Positions 52,011 to 62,177 of a stretch of 64,000 nt of DNA are shown in pieces. The DNA comes from Elusimicrobiota bacterium (GTDB lineage Bacteria; Elusimicrobiota; Elusimicrobia; UBA1565; JACRDR01). The notes below the pieces were generated by a model. It did not search any database and was not told where the DNA came from. It worked only from the letters and a program-made list of their open reading frames with translations. Numbering within the stretch: position 1 is the stretch's first letter; every line of letters starts with the position of its first letter. Location: positions 50,667-114,666 of the forward strand of contig JBGFSC010000004.1 of the NCBI GenBank assembly GCA_041694815.1. Direction: 5' to 3'. Position numbers and translations under genes: made by a program.

Positions 52011-55000
52011 ATGGCCTCCCCAGTATCCCGTGCAAATCAATGTTTTCGCTTGCTGCTTGTTGCGTTTCTACTCAACCCAGGTCCATTCGTTTTATCGTTC
52101 ATCGTTTCTTCCACGCATGCTGCCGAATTCCAGGTCATAGACCGCTTTTCCGTCAACGGTTCCTCGCTGTTTAAAAGCTCTACCACCTGGGTCGGGGTGA
52201 CGCCTCCCCCCGTTTCCCCTTCAGGGCAGGGAGCCCTTTATTTCGATTCGGGGCAGGGTAAGTTCATGATCTCGGAAAATGGCGGAAGCTATGTCGGCCT
52301 TTTCGGGGGCCATTTCAACCGAAATTCCGGCCTTCTGTATCCGGCGAGCGTCGCCGACCGCCTGGCGCTCGGCCGGACGGATTTGACCGGGGGCATGCTT
52401 CTCGTCTCCACGAATACGAGCGCACTGCCGGCGTTGTTCGTCGAGGCCGCGACTGGGCGGATTGGAATGGCCACGACGGCTCCCGGCGATATCATGCACT
52501 TGAGGATGCCGGGAGCCTCGGCGCCCGGCATTATCCTGGACAACATCAACGTGAACCGCCAATTCAAGCTCTCCTCGGTCGGAAGCAATATCGCTGGGGC
52601 GGGCGGGTTCGGGGTCTACGACAATACGGCCGGCGGTAGCTCGAGACTGTTCATCGATAGCGTAGGTCGAGTCGGAATCGGCACGGACACGCCGTCGACC
52701 CTGTTTCAGGTCGGAACCGGCACGCTTGCCGTGACAACGTCCGGTAGCGTCGGCGTCGGAACCACGGACCCAATCACAACGCTGGAAATCCGGTCCGCCA
52801 AATCAAAAACGATCGACGGGACGATAGCGAATTGGCATGCGGCGATTTGGGATAACACGGCCATGGCTCAAGGGGTAGGAGGTGGCATCGCCTTCGTCGG
52901 GTACAAGGACAGCGGAAGCTCGCTGGCGGAGCCGTTTGCGGCTCTCGAGGGTTACAAGGAAAATTCGACGAGCAATGACGCGTCCGGCGCCTTTGTGCTC
53001 AGAACGCGTGCCAATGGCGGCGCAACGCCTTTGCAAGAGCGCCTACGCGTGAGCAGCGTCGGCAATGTCGGCATCGGAACGACGAATCCAATATCCACCA
53101 TGACGGTCGCGGGAAGCCTCGGCTTGAGCGCGATCGCCGCTCCGGCGGTGTCGCCGACCGGTACCGGGCGGATCTATTTCGATTCGGGCGCCAATGTCTT
53201 TAAGGTCTCCGAGAACGGCGGGACCTACGTGAACCTGCTCGGCGCGGCGGGGGCCTGGCAGACCACGGGAAGCATCGTCAACCTGGTTAACGGCGCCAAT
53301 AACGTCGTCGTCCAGTCGACCTTGACCGTGCAGGGCAACGCCTTCTCGGTCGGCGGGTCGACGTTCGTTGTTAATCAAGCCAACGTCGGTATCGGCACAA
53401 CGAATCCCAGTGCTATACTGCATGTAAGACCGGGAACAGACCAAAATCTTTGGATTAGAGGAGAACAAGGAGCAGGTGTAGGTACCGGGATCAGCTTAAG
53501 TTCCCTGAATAATGCGGGATCGGCGGATTCCCCAATGGAATTGCGAGCAAGTAAGTTTGTATTCAACCAAGGTAGCGTAGCAGTTAATAAAGCAGCCCCC
53601 TCTGCTACTTTGGACGTTAGTGGCGGTGCTTTAATAAGCGGCAACGTTGGCATCGGGACGACGAACCCGACCACGCAGCTATATCTGAACAACGGGGCAT
53701 ATCCTCAACTGACGATCGACGCCGCCAGCGGAAACTCGCAGGGAATCGACTTCAAGGCCGCCGGGACCCTGGCCGCTCGATTGGCCACCAATGGCAATAA
53801 TGGCGGCACCTTTTTCTTTTATAGTGCCCCGCTTACGGAATTGGCGCGCATCCAGGGAGACGGGCGAGTAGGAATCGGCAATGTGACCGCTCCGGCGGCC
53901 CGCCTTCACGTTTCGAGCGCCAACGCGGTCGCGGCCGACACGATCTTTCAGGTCTCCAGCGGCACGGTGGCCGGTCAGGAGCTGATGGTGGTCAAGGGGG
54001 ACGGCAAGGTTGGCATCGGCACTGCGAGCCCAGGGGCGAGATTCCATGTGAAGACAGGAATTGATCAGAATTACCGCATCCTCGGCCCTTCGGTATTTAC
54101 GACCGGCAACCGGATTCAAATCCTCAATGATGCCAGCGCGACGGCGCCTTTGGAGTTATCGGCCAACAGTTTCGACTTTCATAACGGGAGCGAAGTGTCC
54201 ATCCTGCGTTTGAGTAACACCGGCAACGTTGGTATTGGGACAACGAACCCCACCCATGGTCTGACTATTGGAGGCGGCACGGACTTCGGCGGGACGGAGC
54301 TCAAGATCGTTCGTGGGACAACCGAACTCGCGGCGAGTCTGGCTGGTGATGGAAGCGGTGCGAATTGGGGTACGAAGAGTAATAGTGCCTTGCAGCTTAT
54401 GACAAATAATGCCGAGAAGATGCGAATCGCCTCCGGAGGCAACGTCGGTATCGGAACGACGAATCCGGTATCCACGATGACGGTGGCTGGTTCCCTCGGT
54501 CTCAATGGGATCGCCGCTCCTTCCGTTTCACCCGCCGGCACGGGCCGCATCTATTTCGATTCGTCGGCCAATGTCTTCAAGGTCTCGGAGAATGGGAATG
54601 CCTATGTGAACCTTGTGGGAGGCGGCTCGAGCCCGTGGCAGATCGTAGGCAGCTTGGTGAACCTCGTTACTGGGACCAATAACGTCGTCGTGCAGTCCAC
54701 GCTGACCGTGCAGGGTAACTCCTTTTCGGTTGGCATTTCCACCCTTGTAGTGACCAGTGGCAACGTTGGCATCGGCATAGCATCACCAGCGAGAAGATTT
54801 GAGGTCTCTGGCGATATCGGAGTCCCTGTAGGGAATTCCATCAGTCTGCACACCGCCGATACGAATAATCGCCACTCCCTAACGACAACGACCGGTGATT
54901 GGTTAACGCTGAGGGCGACGAACAACAATATTACGACACAGGGATTCAGATTTAATCGCATCGTAACCCCCGACGTTTCCAACGACGTAACGCTTATGCA

Positions 55001-55430
55001 AATCGATAATACCGGCAACGTCGGTATCGGTACGACGAATCCGGCCACCAAGCTGACGGTACTCGACGGCGATATCCGGATCTCGACGACAAGCGGCAGC
55101 CGCGGAATTTATTTTCAGGATGGTTCGTTCCAAACGACCGCGGCAGGATCTTCCCAATGGACAACGAACGGAACCAACATCTCGAACGTAAATACCGGCA
55201 ACGTTGGCATCGGGACCACGAATCCCGGCTACAAACTACATGTTGCCGGCGGCAATATCGCCACGGACAATTATCTGCACATCGCCTCCTGGCCCGGATA
55301 CGGTAGTGGCACCGCGTGGTTCTGGTATGACGGGCTGGGCGGTTCCGGCAGCTCTCCGGAGCCTGTTTTGAGGCTGGGCGCCAGTCTCGGAGTCGTCGGC
55401 AATTTCTATACCTACGACAACACGGGATAG
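52011..55430 (+). CDS. Giant secreted GNVGIG-repeat fibre-like protein, N-terminal part
   Basis: Signal peptide ending STHA; about 14 G.VGIGT..P anchors; continues in the -1 frame into the next ORF. Confidence 0.8.
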   Translation: MASPVSRANQCFRLLLVAFLLNPGPFVLSFIVSSTHAAEFQVIDRFSVNGSSLFKSSTTWVGVTPPPVSPSGQGALYFDSGQGKFMISENGGSYVGLFGGHFNRNSGLLYPASVADRLALGRTDLTGGMLLVSTNTSALPALFVEAATGRIGMATTAPGDIMHLRMPGASAPGIILDNINVNRQFKLSSVGSNIAGAGGFGVYDNTAGGSSRLFIDSVGRVGIGTDTPSTLFQVGTGTLAVTTSGSVGVGTTDPITTLEIRSAKSKTIDGTIANWHAAIWDNTAMAQGVGGGIAFVGYKDSGSSLAEPFAALEGYKENSTSNDASGAFVLRTRANGGATPLQERLRVSSVGNVGIGTTNPISTMTVAGSLGLSAIAAPAVSPTGTGRIYFDSGANVFKVSENGGTYVNLLGAAGAWQTTGSIVNLVNGANNVVVQSTLTVQGNAFSVGGSTFVVNQANVGIGTTNPSAILHVRPGTDQNLWIRGEQGAGVGTGISLSSLNNAGSADSPMELRASKFVFNQGSVAVNKAAPSATLDVSGGALISGNVGIGTTNPTTQLYLNNGAYPQLTIDAASGNSQGIDFKAAGTLAARLATNGNNGGTFFFYSAPLTELARIQGDGRVGIGNVTAPAARLHVSSANAVAADTIFQVSSGTVAGQELMVVKGDGKVGIGTASPGARFHVKTGIDQNYRILGPSVFTTGNRIQILNDASATAPLELSANSFDFHNGSEVSILRLSNTGNVGIGTTNPTHGLTIGGGTDFGGTELKIVRGTTELAASLAGDGSGANWGTKSNSALQLMTNNAEKMRIASGGNVGIGTTNPVSTMTVAGSLGLNGIAAPSVSPAGTGRIYFDSSANVFKVSENGNAYVNLVGGGSSPWQIVGSLVNLVTGTNNVVVQSTLTVQGNSFSVGISTLVVTSGNVGIGIASPARRFEVSGDIGVPVGNSISLHTADTNNRHSLTTTTGDWLTLRATNNNITTQGFRFNRIVTPDVSNDVTLMQIDNTGNVGIGTTNPATKLTVLDGDIRISTTSGSRGIYFQDGSFQTTAAGSSQWTTNGTNISNVNTGNVGIGTTNPGYKLHVAGGNIATDNYLHIASWPGYGSGTAWFWYDGLGGSGSSPEPVLRLGASLGVVGNFYTYDNTG

Positions 55431-57157
55431 GACTCATGGACAGCGGAGGCATCGGCCCGTTCCCTTCGGCGCGTCTTCATGTCAGCAGCGCTAACGCGAC
55501 GGCGGCGACCACGTTATTTCTCGTTTCCAGCGGAACGGCCGCCGGTCAGGAACTGATGGTTGTCAAAGGCGACGGCAAGGTCGGCATCGGACTCACCGGC
55601 CCATCAAGGCCTCTGCATGTCGTCCGAAGCGACGCTGGAACATCGTCTCAAAGCGGCACGGTGGCGATGATCGACAACCCAAACAGCACGACGAATAACT
55701 GGGTCAATCTGGGGTTCATGGGTGCCAATACGTCCGGAGGGAGCCAATATTACGGATTACTCGGCTTCCAGATGACGGATCATGCAGTGACGACAGAGAA
55801 AAGCGATTTTGTGCTTCAAGTGAATTATAACCAGACTCCCACCGAACGGCTCCGCGTTACCAGCGCCGGCAACGTCGGCGTGGGGACGACGAATCCGGTG
55901 TCCACGATGACCGTGGCAGGTTCCTTTGGCCTCAACGCGATCGGAACACCGCCGGTTTCGCCTGCCGGGACCGGCCGTATCTATTTCGACTCATCGGCCA
56001 ATGTCTTCAAGGTCTCGGAGAACGGAAATGCCTATGTGAACCTGGTGGGAGGCGGCTCGAGCCCGTGGCAGACCGTAGGCAGCTTAGTGAACCTCGTCAC
56101 CGGGACCAATAACGTCGTCGTGCAGTCCACGTTGACCGTGCAGGGCAATGCCTTCTCGGTGGGTGGCTCCACGTTCGTAGTCAGCAGTGGGCAAGTCGGC
56201 ATAGGAGTAACGAACCCTGCCTCGGCATTGGACATCAACAGCGCCTTACAGCCGGCGGTAATTACTAGGAAAAACGGCAATATTAGATCCTACCTGGGGT
56301 ACGTGAGCGGAGCGGACGCCGGCAGCGTTTTGCTGTACGACACCACGGGGGACAGTCGGATCGCGTTAGACGCGGATCCAAATTGGAAATCTTGGATCGG
56401 TAGTGATGGCACCAATAGCAAGTTGGGCATCGGCACGGCGAATCCGGCGGCCGCGCTGCATGTCTCGAGCGCCAATGCCTCCGCCTCCGCGACGGTTCTG
56501 CAAATATCGACTGGCACCGGAGCTGGCCAGGAGCTTGTGGTCGTCAAGGGCGACGGAAAGGTGGGCATCGGGACAACGGCTCCTGGAGCCAGATTGCACA
56601 TCACCGGCCCGTCAGGGATAACATCGTTTACTGGCACGACAATTGGTGGTCTTTTTATCGATGGTGCGGTGGCAAACAATCAATATTCGACGATTGACTT
56701 TAAGGAATGGTCTACCGGGAATCCAGCCGTAAGAATAGGTGCGAGGATCACGGCGAGTGGATCGTTATTGTCTTTCGGCACAACCCCCACTTATGCCTCA
56801 GGTGTGACCAATACGGCTATGACGATAGACCCCAACGGCAACGTCGGCATCGCCACGACGAACCCCGTGTCCACCATGACGGTTGCCGGGAGCCTCGGCC
56901 TCAACGCGATCGCGGCGCCGCCTGTAGCGCCTGTGGGCACCGGTCGCATCTATTTCGATTCGGGAACCAACAAGTTCCGGGTTTCCGAAAACACGGGCGG
57001 CTATGTCGATCTTATCGGCGGCGGCTCGAGCCCCTGGCAGGCCGTGGGGAGCTTGGTGAATTTGGTCACCGGCACCAACAACGTGGTCGTGCAATCAACC
57101 TTGACCGTGCAGGGCAACGCCTTCTCGGTGGGCGGGTCGACGTTCGTTGTTAATCAA
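53061..57157 (+). repeat. Four ~320-bp intragenic direct repeats (GNVGIGTTNPVSTMTVAGS...GRIYFDS...VSEN...VVVQSTLTVQGNAFSVGGSTFVV)
   Basis: Copies at 53061-53378, 54438-54758, 55868-56188 and 56837-57157. A second ~120-bp module (LHVSSAN...GQELMVVKGDGKVGIG) occurs near 53900, 55470 and 56455. Confidence 0.9.
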
Positions 57158-58990
57158 GGCAACGTCGGCGTCGGCACGACGGGCCCCACGAATCCACTGC
57201 ACGTAGTGGCCACTGCGCCGGCCCTATTCCAGAGGAGTGCGACAGGAAGCAACAGTCCTGCGATCCGTTTCTATAATCCCGATACTACCGCCAACAACGC
57301 CACCGGGGCTGGATTTGCCACCGACACAACGGGCGCCGGCGCGACCACGAACATCGCGCTGGCCGACCTACAGGCGCTCTTTGTCGATCATAACCATGCG
57401 ACTCGAAAGGGCGACCTGGTTTTTCGAACGGACGGTGGATCCGGCCTAACGGAGCAGATGAGGGTAAATAATGCCGGCAACGTCGGCATAGGCGTCACCG
57501 CGCCCGCCGCCCGGCTCCATCTGAGCTCAGGAACGGTCTGGATCGACGGTGATGCGGCGAACTCTTTCCGCATAGGCATATCGTCTATGATCGTTACTTC
57601 AGCGGGCAGTGTAGGCATCGGAACGACGAATCCGTTGGGCTCCTCAATTCTCCACATGGCCAAAAACGGTTTTCCGACAGTGGTGCTGGATCGTACTGAC
57701 GCCTCGACGTATCTCGAGTTGCTTGCGGGAAGTGTCAGCCAGGGCTTGGTTTATTCGAACATCTTCGCCATCGGCAAAGATACATACGCTAACCGAGGCG
57801 CCTCGGCCGGCGGAACGAACTATTTCCAGATCGACCAAAACGGGCGCGTGGACGTATTGAGCAATACTTTTGCTGTCGGTAGTTCGACGCTGGTGGTTGC
57901 CAATGGACAGGTCGGCATCGGGACGACGAATCCTCTAGGCAAGCTCGACGTTAGAAGTCCGGCTGACTCCAGCACGGCGCTATATATAAATAAGCCCGTA
58001 CTGGACGCGACGAATAGGGATGCGATCTATCTTTTTGAAAACGACGGCCAAAGCAGCGGGAAGCAGTCGATCAGTTGGTTCAACGGCAATCAGAATTATT
58101 ATAAAGCCAGATTGTGGACAGAAGTCGGAGGCGGATACGCCGCTACGGTATTTGGCATCGATACTGCAGACGACGCGAGAAATGTGGCGACAAGATTGGC
58201 GATCAGGAATGGCAATGTCGGCATCGGCCCGACCAATCCATCAACGGTCCTGCATGTCAGCGCGGCCACCGAGCCCGTTCGGGCTCAGATCAGCGGCGCG
58301 ATCCCGGCGAGCACCTGGATTTCCGCCCTGACGCTTCAGGGCAACCCCGGCGCCAGCAACGCCCAATGGGGAGCGCGGTTTTGGGACGGAAGCGCCGATG
58401 TCGCGCGCATCGGCGCCGAGTATATCTCCGGAGGATATAACCTGAACCTCGGCACGTTGGGAGGCACGGGAGCCAACGGCATGGGCCGCATCGTTTTCAA
58501 GACGCTCGGGAACGAAAGGGCCTACATCGACCAAAACGGTTGGCTTAACTTCAGCAACGCCGCCGTGGGCATTCGCTGGCAGGACGGCAGCACTTCCACG
58601 ACATCCAGGCTGCAGAGCGCCTCCAACTGCCTCGGTTCCGCTGTAACCGTGGCGACCGCGAACACCTGGTACGACGGCCCCAGCGTCTCGCTCGGGGCGG
58701 GGACCTGGTTCGTGTCCGGCCAGATCTTGATGAGCGGTGGCGGGGGGCCGAACAGCCGCAATGCGAGGCTTTGGGACGGGAGCACGGATTACGCGACCGG
58801 ACAGGCGACAAGCGGCAGCTACAACGCGTCGATCCCCGTCTCGGCGATCATCAACTTGACCGGCACGACGACGATCAAGATCAGCGGAACCTCCGACGGC
58901 ACGGCGGCGCAGATCTTGACAGCCATCGCCAATCCGGCCGCGGGAGGCAACGTGGCCTCCTGTCTTTATGCTTTCAAAATCGGCGGCTGA
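55436..58990 (+). CDS. Giant GNVGIG-repeat fibre-like protein, C-terminal part
   Basis: No signal peptide and begins mid-repeat; about 11 anchors; distinct beta-rich C-terminal domain (SVSLGAGTWFVSGQI); no recognisable S74 SD.RLK motif. Confidence 0.8.
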   Translation: MDSGGIGPFPSARLHVSSANATAATTLFLVSSGTAAGQELMVVKGDGKVGIGLTGPSRPLHVVRSDAGTSSQSGTVAMIDNPNSTTNNWVNLGFMGANTSGGSQYYGLLGFQMTDHAVTTEKSDFVLQVNYNQTPTERLRVTSAGNVGVGTTNPVSTMTVAGSFGLNAIGTPPVSPAGTGRIYFDSSANVFKVSENGNAYVNLVGGGSSPWQTVGSLVNLVTGTNNVVVQSTLTVQGNAFSVGGSTFVVSSGQVGIGVTNPASALDINSALQPAVITRKNGNIRSYLGYVSGADAGSVLLYDTTGDSRIALDADPNWKSWIGSDGTNSKLGIGTANPAAALHVSSANASASATVLQISTGTGAGQELVVVKGDGKVGIGTTAPGARLHITGPSGITSFTGTTIGGLFIDGAVANNQYSTIDFKEWSTGNPAVRIGARITASGSLLSFGTTPTYASGVTNTAMTIDPNGNVGIATTNPVSTMTVAGSLGLNAIAAPPVAPVGTGRIYFDSGTNKFRVSENTGGYVDLIGGGSSPWQAVGSLVNLVTGTNNVVVQSTLTVQGNAFSVGGSTFVVNQGNVGVGTTGPTNPLHVVATAPALFQRSATGSNSPAIRFYNPDTTANNATGAGFATDTTGAGATTNIALADLQALFVDHNHATRKGDLVFRTDGGSGLTEQMRVNNAGNVGIGVTAPAARLHLSSGTVWIDGDAANSFRIGISSMIVTSAGSVGIGTTNPLGSSILHMAKNGFPTVVLDRTDASTYLELLAGSVSQGLVYSNIFAIGKDTYANRGASAGGTNYFQIDQNGRVDVLSNTFAVGSSTLVVANGQVGIGTTNPLGKLDVRSPADSSTALYINKPVLDATNRDAIYLFENDGQSSGKQSISWFNGNQNYYKARLWTEVGGGYAATVFGIDTADDARNVATRLAIRNGNVGIGPTNPSTVLHVSAATEPVRAQISGAIPASTWISALTLQGNPGASNAQWGARFWDGSADVARIGAEYISGGYNLNLGTLGGTGANGMGRIVFKTLGNERAYIDQNGWLNFSNAAVGIRWQDGSTSTTSRLQSASNCLGSAVTVATANTWYDGPSVSLGAGTWFVSGQILMSGGGGPNSRNARLWDGSTDYATGQATSGSYNASIPVSAIINLTGTTTIKISGTSDGTAAQILTAIANPAAGGNVASCLYAFKIGG

Positions 58991-59092
58991 TCGTGCATTG
59001 GCCAGTGGAACTATTTTCAAGGTCGATCGTATTTATGGGTAGGTCTTTTGGCCCTGTCGCGCCAGGAAACAACATGGTACCTTGGGGGACTG

Positions 59093-59446
59093 ATGAACGA
59101 CTTGAGGCTGGTTACCAAACAAGAATTCGACGAAGGCATCAAGGCCTTAGCGACGAAAAAAGAGTTCGACGAGGGCATTGCTCGGTTGGCTAAAGGTCTT
59201 GCAGATGCTCAAGCCGGATTGCATGAAGTAAAACATACCTTGGCAACCGATGTGGCCACAAAAGACGACGTATCCCGAATTCTTCGGGCCATTGATGATT
59301 TTGCCGGTAAGGCCGAAAAATATGACCGCAAGGCCTTGAGTCATGGCGAGATTCTGCGGGAGCATGATGACACTCTGCACTCCCACGAAAGGCGGATCGT
59401 TGCTTTGGAACTTAATCGACCTATCGGCCCCCCGGAGGCTGAATGA
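59093..59446 (+). CDS. Hypothetical coiled-coil protein
   Basis: GGGGGA before the ATG; TK.EFDEGI tandem repeat, VATKDD and HERRIVALE heptads; lower GC. Confidence 0.7.
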   Translation: MNDLRLVTKQEFDEGIKALATKKEFDEGIARLAKGLADAQAGLHEVKHTLATDVATKDDVSRILRAIDDFAGKAEKYDRKALSHGEILREHDDTLHSHERRIVALELNRPIGPPEAE

Positions 59447-59643
59447 CAGTCAAAACGCAAACGGCGTTAGACAAAGCGTTGGAACGGCGACGTGCGGAAG
59501 CTCACGAGTACGTGTATCGGGGTCTCATAGAAAGTAGGCGACGGCATCTTAAAGAGTGCGCGCGGGCTAAGTGCATCGAATGCAAAGACGCGAAAGTGTT
59601 GATTCCCTACTATCAAAAAATGCTTCGGCAAGGGCCTTCTTGA
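59443..59643 (+). CDS. Small Cys/His-containing hypothetical protein
   Basis: ATGA-coupled to the upstream ORF; HLKECARAKCIEC is a possible Zn site. Confidence 0.5.
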   Translation: MTVKTQTALDKALERRRAEAHEYVYRGLIESRRRHLKECARAKCIECKDAKVLIPYYQKMLRQGPS

Positions 59644-59779
59644 TTTCCAATTTCCTAGGTCTAAAGGCCTTCTGGCGGCATAGTCCAAGGACCCTTGCGG
59701 GCATACCCCGTTTATCCTATACTAGCTTCGTGCTTTGCGGGAAATCCTCCTATTTTTACGAGCTTTTTTAAGGTCGGTT

Positions 59780-60124
59780 GTGGGGGGAGATTGCCTTTTC
59801 TGCAAGATCGTCGCCGGCGATGTTCCCGCGCAGAAAGTTTTCGAGGATGACCACGTCGTAGCCTTCAAGGATATCAATCCGCAGGCTCCCACGCATCTGC
59901 TCGTCATCCCCAAAAAGCATATCCCGTCGCTCGCGGCCGCGACCGACGAGGATGCCGGGATCCTGGGCCGCCTGCAATTGGCGGCGAGGGACCTGGCCAA
60001 GCGCGGCAAGCTCGACGGGGGCTTCCGCGTGGTGACGAACAACGGCCGCGGCGCGGGCCAGTCCGTCGACCACCTGCACTACCACGTGCTGGGCGGGCGG
60101 CGGCTGAGCTGGCCTCCGGGATGA
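59780..60124 (+). CDS. Histidine triad nucleotide-binding protein (HinT-like)
   Basis: DCLFCKI, DINPQAP.H.LVIPK.H, GQSV.HLHYHVLGG and WPPG. Confidence 0.94.
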   Translation: MGGDCLFCKIVAGDVPAQKVFEDDHVVAFKDINPQAPTHLLVIPKKHIPSLAAATDEDAGILGRLQLAARDLAKRGKLDGGFRVVTNNGRGAGQSVDHLHYHVLGGRRLSWPPG

Positions 60125-60163
60125 CCGGAGAACTTAATAACGAAGGGCGGGTGATAGAACAGA

Positions 60164-60361
60164 ATGGTTTTCGTTAAATTACGCGAGGGCGAGAACATCG
60201 AGGAGGCCCTGCGGCGCTTTAAGCGAGAATGCGAGCGCAACGGCATCTTGAAAGAGATCAAGCGGCGCGAGCATTATCTTCCTCCCAGCGTGCGGCGCAA
60301 GTTGAAGGCTCAGGAAGCCCGGCGCAAAATGCGTCGGGCCAAGCGGCGGAGAACTTACTAG
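60164..60361 (+). CDS. rpsU: 30S ribosomal protein S21
   Basis: E.IEEALRRFKR....GIL.E.KRRE.Y..PS. Confidence 0.94.
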   Translation: MVFVKLREGENIEEALRRFKRECERNGILKEIKRREHYLPPSVRRKLKAQEARRKMRRAKRRRTY

Positions 60362-60422
60362 CTCCGTCTTCCAAGCATCGGCAGGATAGCGGGCGGCGCT
60401 TAACGTCGCCCGCGGGGATTGC

Positions 60423-62177
60423 ATGAAAATAGCGGAATCCTCATTGGAGGCTATTCGGCAGCGGGTCGACATCGTCGAGCTCGTGCGCGAGTTCGTCCCG
60501 TCGCTCAGGCGCGCGGGGCGGGCCCATAAGGCCTGCTGCCCCTTCCACCAGGAAAAGACGCCTTCCTTCACGGTCAACCCGGAAAGGCAGATATTCCATT
60601 GCTTCGGTTGCCAGGAGGGGGGAGACGTCTTCACCTTCCTGATGAAGATGGAGGGCTTGAACTTCTCCGAGGCCGTCGCGAAGCTGGGCGAGCGCGCGGG
60701 CGTCCGCGTGGCCCCCAGCGCCGACTCCTTGGGGCCGCGGGAGAAGGAGCAGCTGCGCATGCGGGAAGCGCTGGCCTTCGCCCGGGAATTCTACGCGGAG
60801 CTGCTCAAGCGCTCGCCCGAAGCGGGCGCGGCCCGTCGCTATCTTGACGGCCGCAAGCTAAGCCCCGAGATGCGCGAGCGCTTCGCAGTCGGCTTCGCCT
60901 TGCCCGACGGCTCCTCCTTCCTGCAGGCGGCGCTGCGCAAGGGCTTTGCCCCGGACCTGCTAGCCAAGGCGGGCCTTTTGGGATCGAAGGAGCAGGGACG
61001 TTATTACGACTATTTTCGAGGGCGCATCCTCTTCGCGATCACGAACCCGCGCGGCGAGACCGTCGGCTTCGGCGCCAGGGCCATGGGGGACGCGCAACCC
61101 AAATATCTAAACAGTCCGGACACACCGGTATTCTCGAAGGGCCGGGTCCTCTACGGCCTTTTCGAAGGGCTCCCGCAGGTTCGCAAGGCCCGCCGCCTGC
61201 TGCTGCTGGAAGGCTACATGGACGTGCTTGCCGCGCATCAGTTCGGCTTCACCCTCGCCAGCGCGCCTTTGGGCACGGCGGTGACGCCGGACCACGCCGC
61301 CTTGATCAAGCGCTACGCCGACGAGGTCGTGTTCCTCTTCGATCCCGATAACGCGGGCGCGGCTGCGGCCCTGCGCGGCGCGGAGCTTCTTTTGAGCGCG
61401 GGCCTCGGGGTGCGCATCGCGACCGTGCCCGACGCGCTCGATCCGGACGAGCTGTTGCACCGCGACGGGGCGAAGGCCCTGGAGGCCTGCCTAGACCGCG
61501 CGCAGGACCTCCCCGATTTCCAGGCCGAGCGGGCCCTGGCGGCCCGCCGAGGCCCCTTGGCCCCGCAGGATAAGTCACGGATCGCTCAGTCGGTGCTCGA
61601 GATTATCCGAAAGGCCCCCGACGAGATACTGAAGGCGGAATGGGCGCGCCGCCTGGCGCAGAAGCTCTCTTTGGACGAGGAATCGATCCTGTCGCAGATG
61701 CGCCGGGGACAGCACGCCCCGCTCAAGGCGAAGCCTCAGGCGCAAGACGCCCCCATGTCGGCGAGCGATCGCGACATACTGCGCGCCTTGTTCCAGAGCC
61801 CGGAATTGGCGATGGACGAGGGCCGCCTCGGCGCCGAGGATTTGAGCTCGCCCTCCGCGCGGCGGATATTGGCGTCCCTGCGCGCGGTGCTCAAGGGGGC
61901 CAACCGGGGGGGATGGACCGCGGAGCTGCTGAAGGCGGCCGGCGAGGACGCCCCCACCGTATCGGGGCTCTTGGTCGACGCCCAGCCGGTCGAGAACCCG
62001 GCCGAGGCGTTGGACCGGATCGTCGCCAACCTGCGCCTGCTTAAGCGCTACCGCGAGCTGCACGCGCGGATGCTGGGCGTCGACCGCGGCGAGGCGCCGA
62101 TCGACGCGGCCTTGGCCGCCGAATACGGGAAATTGCTCAAGGCCGTCAACGATCGGCGGTTGTTGGATCGGATTTGA
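60423..62177 (+). CDS. dnaG: DNA primase
   Basis: CPFH.EKTPSF, CFGC, PKYLNSP, EGYMD and D.D.AG. Confidence 0.97.
   Translation: MKIAESSLEAIRQRVDIVELVREFVPSLRRAGRAHKACCPFHQEKTPSFTVNPERQIFHCFGCQEGGDVFTFLMKMEGLNFSEAVAKLGERAGVRVAPSADSLGPREKEQLRMREALAFAREFYAELLKRSPEAGAARRYLDGRKLSPEMRERFAVGFALPDGSSFLQAALRKGFAPDLLAKAGLLGSKEQGRYYDYFRGRILFAITNPRGETVGFGARAMGDAQPKYLNSPDTPVFSKGRVLYGLFEGLPQVRKARRLLLLEGYMDVLAAHQFGFTLASAPLGTAVTPDHAALIKRYADEVVFLFDPDNAGAAAALRGAELLLSAGLGVRIATVPDALDPDELLHRDGAKALEACLDRAQDLPDFQAERALAARRGPLAPQDKSRIAQSVLEIIRKAPDEILKAEWARRLAQKLSLDEESILSQMRRGQHAPLKAKPQAQDAPMSASDRDILRALFQSPELAMDEGRLGAEDLSSPSARRILASLRAVLKGANRGGWTAELLKAAGEDAPTVSGLLVDAQPVENPAEALDRIVANLRLLKRYRELHARMLGVDRGEAPIDAALAAEYGKLLKAVNDRRLLDRI

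Noticed and set aside
55428-55430. TAG read-through or pyrrolysine joining the two giant ORFs
   Set aside because: The ORFs are in different frames, so joining them needs a -1 shift rather than read-through.
52011-58990. Repeats as a CRISPR array, shufflon or prophage tail
   Set aside because: The repeats are in-frame, degenerate at third positions and irregularly spaced; there are no cas, invertase or other phage genes, and the protein has a signal peptide.
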